NCBI GenBank assembly: GCA_900768465.1
Contig: CAAGCY010000024.1
Span: 75,794-139,793, forward strand
Source of the DNA: Alphaproteobacteria bacterium
Lineage (GTDB): Bacteria > Pseudomonadota > Alphaproteobacteria > CAAGCB01 > CAG-977
Direction of reading: 5' to 3'
Length of the DNA: 64,000 nucleotides
The notes beneath the pieces were generated by a model. It worked only from the letters and a program-made list of their open reading frames with translations. It made no database searches and had not been told where the DNA came from. Within the stretch, counting starts at the first letter, position 1; every line of letters starts with the position of its first letter. Of the stretch, positions 1-9,450 are shown in pieces. The position numbers and the translations under genes were made by a program.

Positions 1-273
1 GCGGGACAAGGCAGCATCGGATTTTACCACAACGGCGAATCTTCCGCCGTGCTGATGCCCGTTCCGGGGGAAACGTTCCGCCTGCCGTCTTTTGCGTTTG
101 AAGAAAAAGCCAGCAAGCTTTACCCCGCCCAGCCGTGGCCCTATATGCCGCCGTGCCATATGAAAAACTATCATTACACCGCCACCGTCATGGCGGTCAG
201 ACGCACGGGATCGTTCGACAAACAAAAGACCGTCGTTTTGGGTGCCGGTTCGATTGATTTGGGACGGTATTAA
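1..273 (+). CDS. 3' end of a CDS that starts upstream of the window (hypothetical protein)
   Basis: Frame 1 is open from nt 1 to the stop at 271-273. The C-terminal sequence (..GSIGFYHNGESSAVLMPVPGETF..VLGAGSIDLGRY*) was not recognised. It converges on the downstream minus-strand gene. Confidence 0.4.
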   Translation, partial: AGQGSIGFYHNGESSAVLMPVPGETFRLPSFAFEEKASKLYPAQPWPYMPPCHMKNYHYTATVMAVRRTGSFDKQKTVVLGAGSIDLGRY

Positions 274-1289
274 AAATTGAACTGACCGTCGGCGGACGCT
301 TTTGCGTCGTCATCGACCATTTTATCGAAATCGTCGTCTTCCAGCGACGTGTTTTCCAGTACGATTGACGCGTCCAGAAAAGTATCCGAAATTTCGGCGC
401 TCAGCACCGCGCCGTCGCCCGCTCCGCCCCAAATCAAAGCGTCTTCGTCGTCGGGGCGTCCGTATTTTTCCATCAACGACCGTAAAAAGTCGCTGCGCCG
501 CTTGTTTTTCAGATGAACGCCCTCCGCCGTCGCGCCCAGCGAATGATCGCCCTTGCCGACATAGCGGATGCGAAAAGCCTGATTGCCCGAAAACAGACTG
601 GTAAAGTCCACATACAGCCGTTCGCGCCGTCCTTTGTTTTCAAAAAACAAGTGCTGAACGTATTTCATATTGTCGCTTTTTGCCAATTCGTCGATGCAGT
701 GCTTCATATCGGAATACTTCAGCCCGTACGCCGAACCGTTCAAGCAATCGCGCTTGTAGCGCCATTCGTTCAATTCGGGAATGCCGCGGTTGATGCGCTT
801 TAAGGTAAATCCCCGTTCCTGCGCGGCAGAGATAACGGCATCGGGATTCATCTTCAGACCGATTCCCGCAACGTCGAACTTATCGGCGACGGAAGCCCCC
901 GCTTTCTTTTTGCGTTTTTTCATCCGCATTTCGTACAGCGACAGTCCGCTGTCTTTTTTGGCGGTCGTCCGTTTGCCCAGCGCGGGCATATTTTCCTTTT
1001 GCGCGCCCGTTCCCAAAGCGGGCAAAGACGGTGCGGCGGGCTTTTGTTCCGCCGTTTTGGGCGCTTCCGCGGGAACGCTCAGCGCGGCAGGCTTGCGCGC
1101 GGGCGGCAAAGTCGGCGTGAAATGCGGCTCGGCAGGCTGAGCCGTCGGCGCGCTCGGCGCGGCGGGCGCGGACGAAGCAACGGGGGCGACGGCTTGAAAA
1201 TCGTCGTCGTCGTACAGATTATCCAACATTTGCGCCCCCGCGTTCGGGGACAGCAGAGCCGCCGTCAACAAAATAAAAAACCGTTTCAT
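270..1289 (-). CDS. secreted hypothetical protein with an Ala/Pro-rich low-complexity linker
   Basis: Signal peptide MKRFFILLTAALLSPNAGAQ. An acidic stretch (DDDDF) is followed by about 90 aa of Ala/Pro-rich linker (APVASSAPAAPSAPTAQPAEP...) and a ~200-aa C-terminal domain. No family recognised. Confidence 0.5.
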   Translation of the reverse strand: MKRFFILLTAALLSPNAGAQMLDNLYDDDDFQAVAPVASSAPAAPSAPTAQPAEPHFTPTLPPARKPAALSVPAEAPKTAEQKPAAPSLPALGTGAQKENMPALGKRTTAKKDSGLSLYEMRMKKRKKKAGASVADKFDVAGIGLKMNPDAVISAAQERGFTLKRINRGIPELNEWRYKRDCLNGSAYGLKYSDMKHCIDELAKSDNMKYVQHLFFENKGRRERLYVDFTSLFSGNQAFRIRYVGKGDHSLGATAEGVHLKNKRRSDFLRSLMEKYGRPDDEDALIWGGAGDGAVLSAEISDTFLDASIVLENTSLEDDDFDKMVDDDAKASADGQFNF

Positions 1290-1374
1290 CGCACCCGCTG
1301 ATAAGAAAGGATTAACAAACAGCTCCTATAGTATAGACAGAGTGTTACTTTTTTTTAAACAGGAAAGACGAATT

Positions 1375-1926
1375 ATGACGAAAATTAAATCCTTGGGCGT
1401 TTTTTGCGGGTCGGCGGAAGGCAAAAATCCTGCTTATGTCAAAGCCGCCGAAAAATTGGGCAAAACGCTTGCCGAAAACAATGTGGAATTGATTTACGGC
1501 GCGGGACACGTCGGCATGATGGGCGCGGTCGCGCGCGGCGCGCTGGAAAACGGCGGACGGGTCATCGGGATTATCAACACTTTGCTGCAAGACCGCGAAA
1601 AACAGATTTTCAAACTGACCGAATTGAAAATCCTGCCGTCCCTGCATATCCGCAAAGACGCCATGTTCGCCGCTTCCGACGCTTTTTGCATTCTGCCGGG
1701 GGGAATCGGCACGCTGGACGAAGTGTTTGAAATCGTAACCCTGAAACAAATCGGCGAACACAATAAACCCATTATCATGTACAACGAAAACGGATTTTGG
1801 GAACCGTACCGCGCGATTATCGAACGCCTGATTGACGAAGGCTACGTCAAACCCGAACACGCCAAGCTGGTCACTTACGTCGACAAAGTCGAAGACATCC
1901 TGCCCGCCATCGACGCTCAGCTTTAA
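1375..1926 (+). CDS. LOG family protein (cytokinin riboside 5'-monophosphate phosphoribohydrolase-like, TIGR00730 type)
   Basis: Conserved LOG motifs GVFCGS, YGGGxxGLMG-like (YGAGHVGMMGAV) and PGGIGTLDE. Start at the internal ATG 1375 because it follows the AGGAAAG RBS; the track ORF begins 33 nt earlier with no RBS. Confidence 0.85.
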   Translation: MTKIKSLGVFCGSAEGKNPAYVKAAEKLGKTLAENNVELIYGAGHVGMMGAVARGALENGGRVIGIINTLLQDREKQIFKLTELKILPSLHIRKDAMFAASDAFCILPGGIGTLDEVFEIVTLKQIGEHNKPIIMYNENGFWEPYRAIIERLIDEGYVKPEHAKLVTYVDKVEDILPAIDAQL

Positions 1927-2780
1927 TCGGGCAAAACCCACGCCAACGTCGAATACTGCGGCACCACGCCGTACGTTTTGCTGAATCCCACTTCAATCCT
2001 GTCCGCCTGCGTTTCCCGCACAAAGGCGGACAGTGTTTTTCCGCCAAGAGCGGTCAGCGGCATCGGATTGCCGACGCATCCGCCGGCTTTGTTGATTTGT
2101 TCCGCGGCGTACAAAGTCATGGCGGAAACGACTTCACGCACAAAACCGTCCAAACAGCCGTATTCCGTATCCTGTCCCAGCAACAGCCATTTTTTGGCGA
2201 CATCGCCCGCGTTTCTGCCGACTCCGATTGCCATTACGGCGACGGGAACGGGTTTTTCGGCGTCAAATTTATCAACAATGCTCCGTCCGTCGGCGCGCCG
2301 TTCAAACGGCAGGGAAGCAAACACGGTTTGCCCGTCTTTTTGATAAAAATCGACCGCATCGCCGGCGGCTTTGGCATTGACGTAAACATACACCGCGCGG
2401 GGACGCAGGATATTTTCGTTTTCGCACACCGAACGCACCGAGTTCAAAACGGGCGCCAGCTCTTTATTCATCCGCCCGCACCATTCATCGCGGGTTTCGC
2501 CGTCTTTTTTCCCGCACCCCCAGCGTTTTTCGAACAAGGAAAGCTCGTCCACATACGGCATCAAAGCCCGCAAAGACGGCGGTTCGACAATCGTCGGCGC
2601 ATACAAAGGCACCCGTATCAAAGGCAGCGTTTCCTGATTGTCCCCGCCGAACAGAACATGCGGCAGTTCTTCGGCGTAATCGAAAGCGGCGGGAACGGAT
2701 TCCTCCTGCTTTCCGAACAAAGTGTCAACCAGCTGTTTTTCGTCGTTTCGCGCCATGCCATCCCCGCTTTTCACCGTCAA
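1923..2780 (-). CDS. hypothetical protein (285 aa)
   Basis: Long ORF with coding-like composition. It converges on LOG with a 4-nt overlap. Family not recognised. Confidence 0.5.
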   Translation of the reverse strand: MTVKSGDGMARNDEKQLVDTLFGKQEESVPAAFDYAEELPHVLFGGDNQETLPLIRVPLYAPTIVEPPSLRALMPYVDELSLFEKRWGCGKKDGETRDEWCGRMNKELAPVLNSVRSVCENENILRPRAVYVYVNAKAAGDAVDFYQKDGQTVFASLPFERRADGRSIVDKFDAEKPVPVAVMAIGVGRNAGDVAKKWLLLGQDTEYGCLDGFVREVVSAMTLYAAEQINKAGGCVGNPMPLTALGGKTLSAFVRETQADRIEVGFSKTYGVVPQYSTLAWVLPD

Positions 2781-2854
2781 GCTAACCTGTTTTTACCTCT
2801 TTGGCAAAGGAAAAAACTTGCTTGACGGCGGCAACGGGGATATTTTGAACGATT

Positions 2855-3637
2855 ATGAAAAAGATTTTGGCAACACTTTTGTTTCTTTTGCTGTCGGGGT
2901 GCGCGTCCGTGCCGTCCGATCCCGAAGCGCTGGCGCAGTACAAAGCCGACAACGATCCGCTTGAGCCGATGAACCGCAAAATCATGGCGTTCAACTCCGT
3001 GGCGGACGAATATCTGCTGCATCCGATCGCCAGCGGCTACAGAGCCGTTACAACCCCCGAAATGCGCAAAGGAATGAGGGCGTTTGTCGGCAACCTGAAA
3101 ACGCCGCTGAGCGTCGTCAACAACGTTCTACAGCTGAATTTCACGGACGCGGGAAAGGGAATATCCCGCTTTGTCATCAATTCGACGCTGGGCGTTTTCG
3201 GCTTTTTCGATGTGGCGACCCGTCTGGGAATCCGGGAAAAAAAGCGCGGCTTCGGCACGACTCTGGCGGTCTGGGGCGTCCCCGAAGGACCGTATCTGGT
3301 TTTGCCGTTTTTGGGACCGTCCGGCGCGCGCGATTCCGTTGCTTTAATCGGAGATTTCTATCTTGACCCGATGGCGTACCTGACATGGAACACGTCGAAT
3401 CACCAGCTGCGCAACAACGCTTTGATTTGGACGATTGACGGCGTCGAAGCGCTGACCGCGTACGAAAGCGCGATGGATTTGCTGGACGACGCGAAAAAGA
3501 ATTCCGTGGACTACTATGCGTCGATGCGCGCCATGTACCGCCAGCTGCGCGCCAAAGCCGTCAAAGACGCCAAAGGCGATTCCCCCGAAAACGAACGGGA
3601 ATCTTACGAATTTGATATGGATGACGAAGATTTGTGA
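2855..3637 (+). CDS. mlaA: MlaA/VacJ family outer-membrane lipoprotein
   Basis: Lipobox LLSGC, and the motifs DPLEPMNRKIMAFN and GFFDVA typical of MlaA/VacJ. Confidence 0.85.
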   Translation: MKKILATLLFLLLSGCASVPSDPEALAQYKADNDPLEPMNRKIMAFNSVADEYLLHPIASGYRAVTTPEMRKGMRAFVGNLKTPLSVVNNVLQLNFTDAGKGISRFVINSTLGVFGFFDVATRLGIREKKRGFGTTLAVWGVPEGPYLVLPFLGPSGARDSVALIGDFYLDPMAYLTWNTSNHQLRNNALIWTIDGVEALTAYESAMDLLDDAKKNSVDYYASMRAMYRQLRAKAVKDAKGDSPENERESYEFDMDDEDL

Positions 3638-4245
3638 TGAAAAAACTGCTGTTTACCCTTTTGTTCATGCTGGCGGGCGTTCCCGCGGCGTTCGCCCAAA
3701 CCGACGAAGCCAAAGCGTTCGCGCAGAAAATCGCCGACGACATTATGGAGCGGGTGGTTAAAATCAAAGCTCCCGATTCCGTCAAAGAACAGAACTTCAA
3801 CGCCATTTTCACCCAAGCCGCCGATTTAAAAAAAATCGCCCGCTTTACGCTGGGACGATTCGCCAAAACGGCGTCCGAACAGGATTTGCAGGCATACACG
3901 ACCGCTTTTACGGACAACGTCGTCGATACTTGGACGCAGCGTTTCGCTTCTTACGCGGGTGAAAAAATCGTGTTTACGGACGCGCGGCAGGAAAACGGCA
4001 AAGATGTGTACGTCCATTCCGATTTGCTGATGGCGGACGGGGTCAACAAAATCGAAATCGTGTGGCGCGTTTCCATGAAAAAAGGCAAAACGCATCTGGT
4101 TGATTTGGTCGTTGAAGGCGTCAGTATGATTCTGAGCTACCGCAACGAATACACCGCGATTTTACAGCAAAACGGCGGAAACATCGCCGACTTGACGGAA
4201 AAATTGAAAAATAAAGCCGTCAAAGACCCGAATTTAAAGAAATAA
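3637..4245 (+). CDS. mlaC: MlaC/Ttg2D family periplasmic phospholipid-binding protein
   Basis: Signal peptide MKKLLFTLLFMLAGVPAAFAQ and the toluene-tolerance Ttg2D fold signature. The ATG overlaps the mlaA stop (TGATG), indicating translational coupling. Confidence 0.8.
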   Translation: MKKLLFTLLFMLAGVPAAFAQTDEAKAFAQKIADDIMERVVKIKAPDSVKEQNFNAIFTQAADLKKIARFTLGRFAKTASEQDLQAYTTAFTDNVVDTWTQRFASYAGEKIVFTDARQENGKDVYVHSDLLMADGVNKIEIVWRVSMKKGKTHLVDLVVEGVSMILSYRNEYTAILQQNGGNIADLTEKLKNKAVKDPNLKK

Positions 4246-4248
4246 CGT

Positions 4249-4283
4249 TGACAAACGCGGCTTGTTTGGTAAACTTCAAGCCT
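4249..4283 (+). promoter_or_regulatory. candidate sigma70-like promoter for rpsD
   Basis: TTGACA, a 16-17 nt spacer, then TAAACT, about 100 nt upstream of rpsD. The UTR is long and may carry an S4 autoregulatory leader. Confidence 0.3.
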
Positions 4284-4379
4284 TATTTCCGAAAATGCGA
4301 ACGGCTTGCCGTTCCGCCGCCTTGAGGTTCAAGGGGGACTATCGGGACAACAACAAAAAACAAATTGGAGTATTTTAAA

Positions 4380-4994
4380 ATGTCAAAACGCTTGGCAGCG
4401 AAATTCAAAATCAACCGCCGCTTGGGATTGGATCTGTGGGGTCGCGCGAAAAGCCCCGTTCACCGCCGCGAATACGGTCCGGGTCAGCACGGTCAGCACA
4501 AAGGCAAACCGACCGACTACGGCACGCAGTTGCTGGCTAAACAGAAACTGAAAGCCTACTACGGCAACGTTTCCGAAAAACAGATGCGCAAATACTACGC
4601 CGAAGCTATCCGCCGCAGCGGCGACACGTCCGAAAACCTGATCGGTTTGTTGGAAACGCGTTTGGACGCCGTCGTTTATCGTATGAAATTCGTTCCGTCC
4701 GTTTTCGCTTCGCGTCAGTTCATCAACCACGGCCACATCATGGTCAACGGCAAACGCGTAAACATCCCGTCCTATCTGGTCAAAGCCGGCGATGTCGTTT
4801 CCGTCAAGGAAAAATCCCGCGAATTGGCTTGCGTTGTTGAAGCCGCCGCTTCGACCGAACGTGAAGTTCCCGACTATATGGAAGTCGATTCCAAAGCGTG
4901 CCAAGGCACGTTCGTCCGCGTTCCCAAATTCGCCGACGTTCCGTACCCCGTACAGATGGAACCGAATCTGGTCGTCGAATTCTATTCCCGTTAA
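4380..4994 (+). CDS. rpsD: 30S ribosomal protein S4
   Basis: [16 protein letters not shown].. with an S4 domain and a GGAG RBS. The track ORF starts 15 nt earlier without an RBS. Confidence 0.9.
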   Translation: MSKRLAAKFKINRRLGLDLWGRAKSPVHRREYGPGQHGQHKGKPTDYGTQLLAKQKLKAYYGNVSEKQMRKYYAEAIRRSGDTSENLIGLLETRLDAVVYRMKFVPSVFASRQFINHGHIMVNGKRVNIPSYLVKAGDVVSVKEKSRELACVVEAAASTEREVPDYMEVDSKACQGTFVRVPKFADVPYPVQMEPNLVVEFYSR

Positions 4995-5016
4995 TTCCGG
5001 GGATGCTTTATCCGAA

Positions 5017-5043
5017 AGTCCCGCCTTGTGCGGGACTTTTTTT
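5017..5043 (+). terminator. Rho-independent terminator after rpsD
   Basis: Stem AGTCCCGC, loop CTTGT, stem GCGGGACT, followed by a T7 run. Confidence 0.7.
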
Positions 5044-5057
5044 GCCTGCCGTTAATA

Positions 5058-5957
5058 TCAGAAAAACTCCAAATCGTCGACGGCGCCTGTTTCGCTTAAC
5101 ACCCGCAGATGCTGAATCAGAGCTTTTATTTTCGCTGTTTTTTCGGCGGCGGGACTGCAAACGCCGAAAAACGTTCTTATCACTTCGAAATCGCACGTCT
5201 TCAAACAAACCAGATTCGTTTTGTCGCACGCCAGCCAATCGTGCAGCAATCCGACGCCGTCCCCCGAATAAACCAGTCTGAAGATGACCGATTCCGAATC
5301 GGATGTCGTATTCAGATGTTTTGCTTTTTTCAACAGCAATCGACTGAACTCGTCCTCTAAATGTCTTTGCTGTACGCATAAATCAAAATTTTCAAGCAAA
5401 TCCGCCATATTTTTGGGAATGCCGTGCCTGTCCAAATACGATTTTGACGAATACAGATGCATTTTGCTTTCCGATTTAAACAGGATTTTGCCTTTTATGT
5501 CGGATGGAATATCGCTGAAAATCGCCAAATCAACATCCGACAGACTGACATGTTTGTCCGTAACGATATCCAGACGGATACCCAAATGCATCGCGTAAAA
5601 CAGCGACATATCCTTTAACAAGCGGCTACCCAAAAATCCGTCTTCGACAAAAACGGTGACACATCCCGTCAATTCTTCCTCATCGGAAAACTCCGCCGAT
5701 ATTTTATCCAAGCTTTTGACAATGCTTTCGATATCCGTGTACAGCAAGCGCGCGGTATTCGTCGGTTCGACACCTTTGGACGAGCGATTCAACAAAGGCG
5801 TGTTCAGCTCCGTTTCCAAATCGGAAATGATTTTTGACAAGTTGGACTGTTTGATGCCGTTGCGGCGCGCGGCGCCTTGGATTTGTCCCGCGTCCATAAC
5901 TTCTTTCAGTGCGAACAATTCCCGCAAAAATGACAGATTGGCTTTAAAAGTCGCCAT
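5058..5957 (-). CDS. LysR-family transcriptional regulator
   Basis: N-terminal HTH (NGIKQSNLSKIISDLETELNTPLL) and a LysR substrate-binding domain. Confidence 0.8.
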   Translation of the reverse strand: MATFKANLSFLRELFALKEVMDAGQIQGAARRNGIKQSNLSKIISDLETELNTPLLNRSSKGVEPTNTARLLYTDIESIVKSLDKISAEFSDEEELTGCVTVFVEDGFLGSRLLKDMSLFYAMHLGIRLDIVTDKHVSLSDVDLAIFSDIPSDIKGKILFKSESKMHLYSSKSYLDRHGIPKNMADLLENFDLCVQQRHLEDEFSRLLLKKAKHLNTTSDSESVIFRLVYSGDGVGLLHDWLACDKTNLVCLKTCDFEVIRTFFGVCSPAAEKTAKIKALIQHLRVLSETGAVDDLEFF

Positions 5958-6199
5958 TATTTATATACTCCTTATATAAAAGCGGGATATTTTCAAAAAA
6001 ACGATTACCGTATATGTTACAAATATGGTGTTTCAATTCAAAGCGGTTGTCAATCGGAAATACTTTCGGTTGCATGTATTGAGGGGCTATTTGCAGCAAA
6101 TTATTTTGCACCGCTTGAAACACCTGCCGAAAATTAAGAAGCTTTGTGAAAGACTTGGTTTTCTCAAGCGGGCGTTTATAAATCAAAGGAGCATACATC

Positions 6200-6397
6200 A
6201 TGACTCGTCCTTTAACACCCCGACAAATCGAAGTGATGCACTGTTTGGCATTGGGGATGCCGAATAAAATGATTGCGTACAAAATGGGCATCAGCACCTC
6301 TACGGTCAAAATTCATCTGAACCGCATTTACACACAGCTGAACGTCAACAGCCGTCTGCAGGCGTTGTTGTGGATGAACGACCACGACTTGACTTGA
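6200..6397 (+). CDS. LuxR/GerE-type HTH small regulator (65 aa)
   Basis: LTPRQIEVMHCLALGMPNKMIAYKMGISTSTVKIHLNRIYTQL is a GerE-family HTH. An AAAGGAG RBS is present. Confidence 0.75.
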   Translation: MTRPLTPRQIEVMHCLALGMPNKMIAYKMGISTSTVKIHLNRIYTQLNVNSRLQALLWMNDHDLT

Positions 6398-6414
6398 TAA
6401 ACTCTGTTTCCTGG

Positions 6415-6446
6415 AAAAAACGCCCTTGTTTCGAGGGCGTTTTTTC
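6415..6446 (+). terminator. Rho-independent terminator after the LuxR-type gene
   Basis: AAAACGCCCT, loop TGTTTCG, AGGGCGTTTT plus a T-run. Confidence 0.7.
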
Positions 6447-6510
6447 GTTGCCGCATTCACGTTATGGCAATCCCGCATATCCGCCGTCCTCCTTCCGTGC
6501 AAAAGCGGTC

Positions 6511-7218
6511 TTAATTCGTTTTCGCGTTCCTGTTCAGCATTGCCGTTAAAATCGCTGTCGGATTTAGCGGCTTTTTGGCGGTATTGGCTTTCATCCCTTC
6601 CTTGATGGAAACGGGTATCGGTTTGTTGCGCAAAACATTCAAAATCTTTGCGGCAGGAATAACTTTTCCGCCGAACAGCTTGGCAATTTTGTTTTTGGCT
6701 TTAATCAGTCCGATTTGAATCTTGCGCGCCGCCAGCATCAACCGCTTTTTAATCGTCAATCCGTGCGGCGTCAATCCCGTCGGCACATCGGGCGCTTTGA
6801 TGCCCGCCGCCCGCAAAATCGCCGAAGCGGTCGTTGAACAGTTGCGGGAAAACAGTTTGTATTCGCCGTGATTTGTCTTCAGTTTTTCGATTTTTTTCGC
6901 AGCCGCGTCGTACTGTTCGCGCGTGACGGGATAAATCACGGCTTCGTTATAATGCGTGCCGGATTCGTCCTTGAAATAAGACGGACAGCCCGTCGTGTAT
7001 TTAATCAAATCGTCGTCAAAGCCGACAGGGCCGAAGCCCCATTTTTGTTCCTTGCCCTTTTCATCGGTCAGACCGATGAAAGCGTGGCCGGTCAGCCAAG
7101 TGGAATCTTTAATCCCGCCGTCAATCAAACTGCCGTATTCCTTATCCAATCCGGGACGCAAAAACAGTTTCGGGGTATCCAAATACAGGGTTATTTGACA
7201 ATTTTTCTCATTTGACAT
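6511..7218 (-). CDS. hypothetical papain-like-fold thiol hydrolase (permuted NlpC/P60-LRAT-like or transglutaminase-like)
   Basis: His-containing GHAFIG lies 82 aa ahead of ..FSRNCSTTASAILRAAGIKAP. The NC(xxF) spacing resembles the LRAT catalytic Cys motif. LRAAGIKAP resembles the LRALGIPAR segment that follows the catalytic Cys in transglutaminase-like proteases. GC is slightly lower than the core genome. Confidence 0.5.
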   Translation of the reverse strand: MSNEKNCQITLYLDTPKLFLRPGLDKEYGSLIDGGIKDSTWLTGHAFIGLTDEKGKEQKWGFGPVGFDDDLIKYTTGCPSYFKDESGTHYNEAVIYPVTREQYDAAAKKIEKLKTNHGEYKLFSRNCSTTASAILRAAGIKAPDVPTGLTPHGLTIKKRLMLAARKIQIGLIKAKNKIAKLFGGKVIPAAKILNVLRNKPIPVSIKEGMKANTAKKPLNPTAILTAMLNRNAKTN

Positions 7219-7410
7219 AAATCACCGCAAAAGCAGTTAAAGTTGTCTTATTTTGTCTAAAATTAAATTTGTTGTCAAGGGGAAAGAACGTTAAAAAAAA
7301 CATCCAACTTGTCATTATGTCTCCAGCTTCGTTAAATGTTCCGATATTCGACAACATTAACAAAGTTCTCTGAATCAAAAAGCGATATGTATTATCATAT
7401 ATTTGAAATC

Positions 7411-7446
7411 TAAAAAGGCCGTTAAAGCATTTTAACAGCCTTTTTA
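7411..7446 (-). terminator. hairpin plus U-run terminating the minus-strand islet genes
   Basis: GGCCGTTAAAG / CTTTAACGGCC imperfect stem, flanked by an A-run and a T-run, so it reads as a terminator in both directions. Confidence 0.4.
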
Positions 7447-7465
7447 TTTAAGATAGTTAGCAATA

Positions 7466-7909
7466 TTATGTCAAACAGGAAACAATTAAACAGACAATCC
7501 ATACCCATAAATATGTCGGAGATTGTTTTAGAATTCTGGCTCTTTCATAAAGATACGCTGGAATAATCCAACTTTCGTCCAATAATTTTCCTTTAAATCC
7601 CGCCTTATGCACTTCTTTGCTGTCCAAGTAGCTCAAGAAGATATTTAATACAATAGTCACATAGAACAAATCTGCTGAAGCCGTTCCAGTTATTTCTGTA
7701 ATCATTTGCTGCAAAAGTTCACCGATCGGAGGAGCAAAAGCTAAGCACCAAACATAATCCTTTCGGATTTTTTCAGGATTCTCTGAAGTATGCCGCAGAA
7801 CAAGCTCTTTTTCAGTGGAATATTCTTCTTCAGTTAAAAGTCCCTTCTATTTCAATTCTTTTAACTTTTCTAGCTGATTAAAGTAATCTGTAGAATCACA
7901 ATCTCTCAT
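7466..7909 (-). pseudogene. SHOCT-domain membrane protein gene interrupted by an in-frame TAG
   Basis: ATG at 7909 with a GGAG RBS gives MRDCDSTDYFNQLEKLKELK, then TAG at 7847-7849. The same frame continues KGLLTEEEYSTEKELVL.., giving a SHOCT-like LKELKxKGLLTEEEY motif, through the 82-aa track ORF to a hydrophobic C-terminus (TYLWVWIVCLIVSCLT). Confidence 0.45.
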
Positions 7910-7911
7910 AT

Positions 7912-8142
7912 TTACTCCTTTATTACTGCATTTATCAAAAATTGATCGTTATAACGGGTTAATGTATAGGAAATATCAACACTCATCCCGTTGGAAAGGT
8001 GAGCCCGCGCATCACATTTTCGAATTTTTTTATTTTTGTTGTGAAAAGTTTCTACCGCATTTTCAACAAGAATAGGTTTTATACCAAAAAAGCGTAACGC
8101 AAGGATATTTTCAACCACTCCAAGCAAATCTTTTTTTAACAA
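7912..8142 (-). CDS. hypothetical protein (76 aa) in the AT-rich islet
   Basis: ORF only, no recognisable family. Its stop abuts the start of the disrupted SHOCT gene. Confidence 0.35.
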   Translation of the reverse strand: MLKKDLLGVVENILALRFFGIKPILVENAVETFHNKNKKIRKCDARAHLSNGMSVDISYTLTRYNDQFLINAVIKE

Positions 8143-8238
8143 TCGCCCGCTATTACACTTTGGAAGCTGCCCTCCTGCTAAAAAAGAAAGCGCAATACAA
8201 AAAATAAAGAGATAGCCAATTGTTTGAAATACGATAGA

Positions 8239-8376
8239 CTATGTGGATTTTTTAGGTTTTGATTGTTCATCAGATTCTTCTAACATTATTTCCTGCTTTT
8301 GTGCGTCAAATTCCTCTTGTGATATGATCCCTTTTTCTCTCAGTTCATTTAATTTTTCTAATTTTTGAATATCCAT
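8239..8376 (-). CDS. small SHOCT-domain protein (45 aa), absent from the ORF track
   Basis: MDIQKLEKLNELREKGIISQEEFDAQKQEIMLEESDEQSKPKKST with a GGAG RBS. It matches the SHOCT consensus (L.kL.eL.ekG.It.eEf...K..il). Confidence 0.5.
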   Translation of the reverse strand: MDIQKLEKLNELREKGIISQEEFDAQKQEIMLEESDEQSKPKKST

Positions 8377-8669
8377 CTAATTTCTCCCAAAAGTAGGTTA
8401 TAACAAAAACCCTCTTTGATTAAAAGAGGCAGGAAGTTGAACCCTATTTTCAGGAAATAGTGTAGTGTATTCGATAATAAATATCTTATTAACTACCTTC
8501 CTGCCATAGGAAAAAAGGTAGTTTTTACATCCGCTTACGCAGACAACCTGATAAAGAGGGGGGCAAACCTCATACCGGTAATCAGCCGATACGCTGATAA
8601 GATATATTAACTTATGAAAGAAAGTTAATCCTTTTCTATCGGTTGTGCCATCACATTTAATCCGCAAGT

Positions 8670-9266
8670 TTACACATGGAATTCCTGTTCGTAGCTGGCG
8701 TTAAAAATGTGAACAAACCGACTGAATGCCGAATTCTCTTTATCCTCACAGAAACCGCGATCGTTTTTAATAGCGGTCATAAATGCTTTGTAATCCAAAC
8801 CGTTTGAAGCGGTATCGAATTTGCATTGCTTAAAGTAAAAATCAACCATTTCCTTCAAATCATCGTCCGAAAAGACTATGCCTTCTTGTTCAGGACGATT
8901 TAAAAGCCATTTTATGTTTTCATGTATCTGTCCGAAGCCTTGCCAACCGAAATGAAGGACGTTTGCATGGTTTATTCTTCGGTCATAAAAACCCCTAAAA
9001 TGCGTAAAGGCATTAGCAGTCGTAAGTAAAGCAAGAAACAACGCTTTTAGAAAAAATTTTAGATTTTCCTGCGGAATGTCCCGTATATCGTCTGAATATT
9101 TTCTCCATTCACTTCCCCCAAACATAGCCTCTCCGGCATTATCGTAATTGGGAGGAAAAGCGTTTACTTTTTGTATGGGCTCTGTTTTTAATTTTTGAAC
9201 ATCTACAAAAAATCGTGTTTTGCAATAATCTGATAAGGTCATCTTTCCTATCCTTTGTTTTATCAA
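8670..9266 (-). CDS. hypothetical protein (198 aa) in the AT-rich islet
   Basis: Long ORF in the AT-rich segment with no recognised family. The start may be the internal M9. Confidence 0.5.
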   Translation of the reverse strand: MIKQRIGKMTLSDYCKTRFFVDVQKLKTEPIQKVNAFPPNYDNAGEAMFGGSEWRKYSDDIRDIPQENLKFFLKALFLALLTTANAFTHFRGFYDRRINHANVLHFGWQGFGQIHENIKWLLNRPEQEGIVFSDDDLKEMVDFYFKQCKFDTASNGLDYKAFMTAIKNDRGFCEDKENSAFSRFVHIFNASYEQEFHV

Positions 9267-9450
9267 AATCTAAACCTCTTTAGTTTGCTCCACAAAGAAA
9301 CATGTTGTCAAACGTATTTTTTGTGCGACATTCTCTTCATAATAAGATATAGAATTTACAGTCCGTTTATAGTTTTTTATATTTATTGTTCTTTTAAAAT
9401 CACTCCGAATCAATAAATGTCATGCAATATTAAAAGATAACTAAAATTAA

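Noticed and set aside
5944-6309. 121-aa minus-strand ORF spanning the LysR/LuxR divergent intergenic region
   Set aside because: It overlaps the well-supported LuxR-type gene on the opposite strand and runs through an AT-rich promoter region. No homology or RBS.
8398-8667. 89-aa ORF in the AT-rich islet
   Set aside because: Low-complexity translation in a region that looks non-coding. It contains a 9-bp inverted repeat (GGCAGGAAG...CTTCCTGCC) and abuts the upstream gene with no RBS. More likely an intergenic or structured region than a gene.
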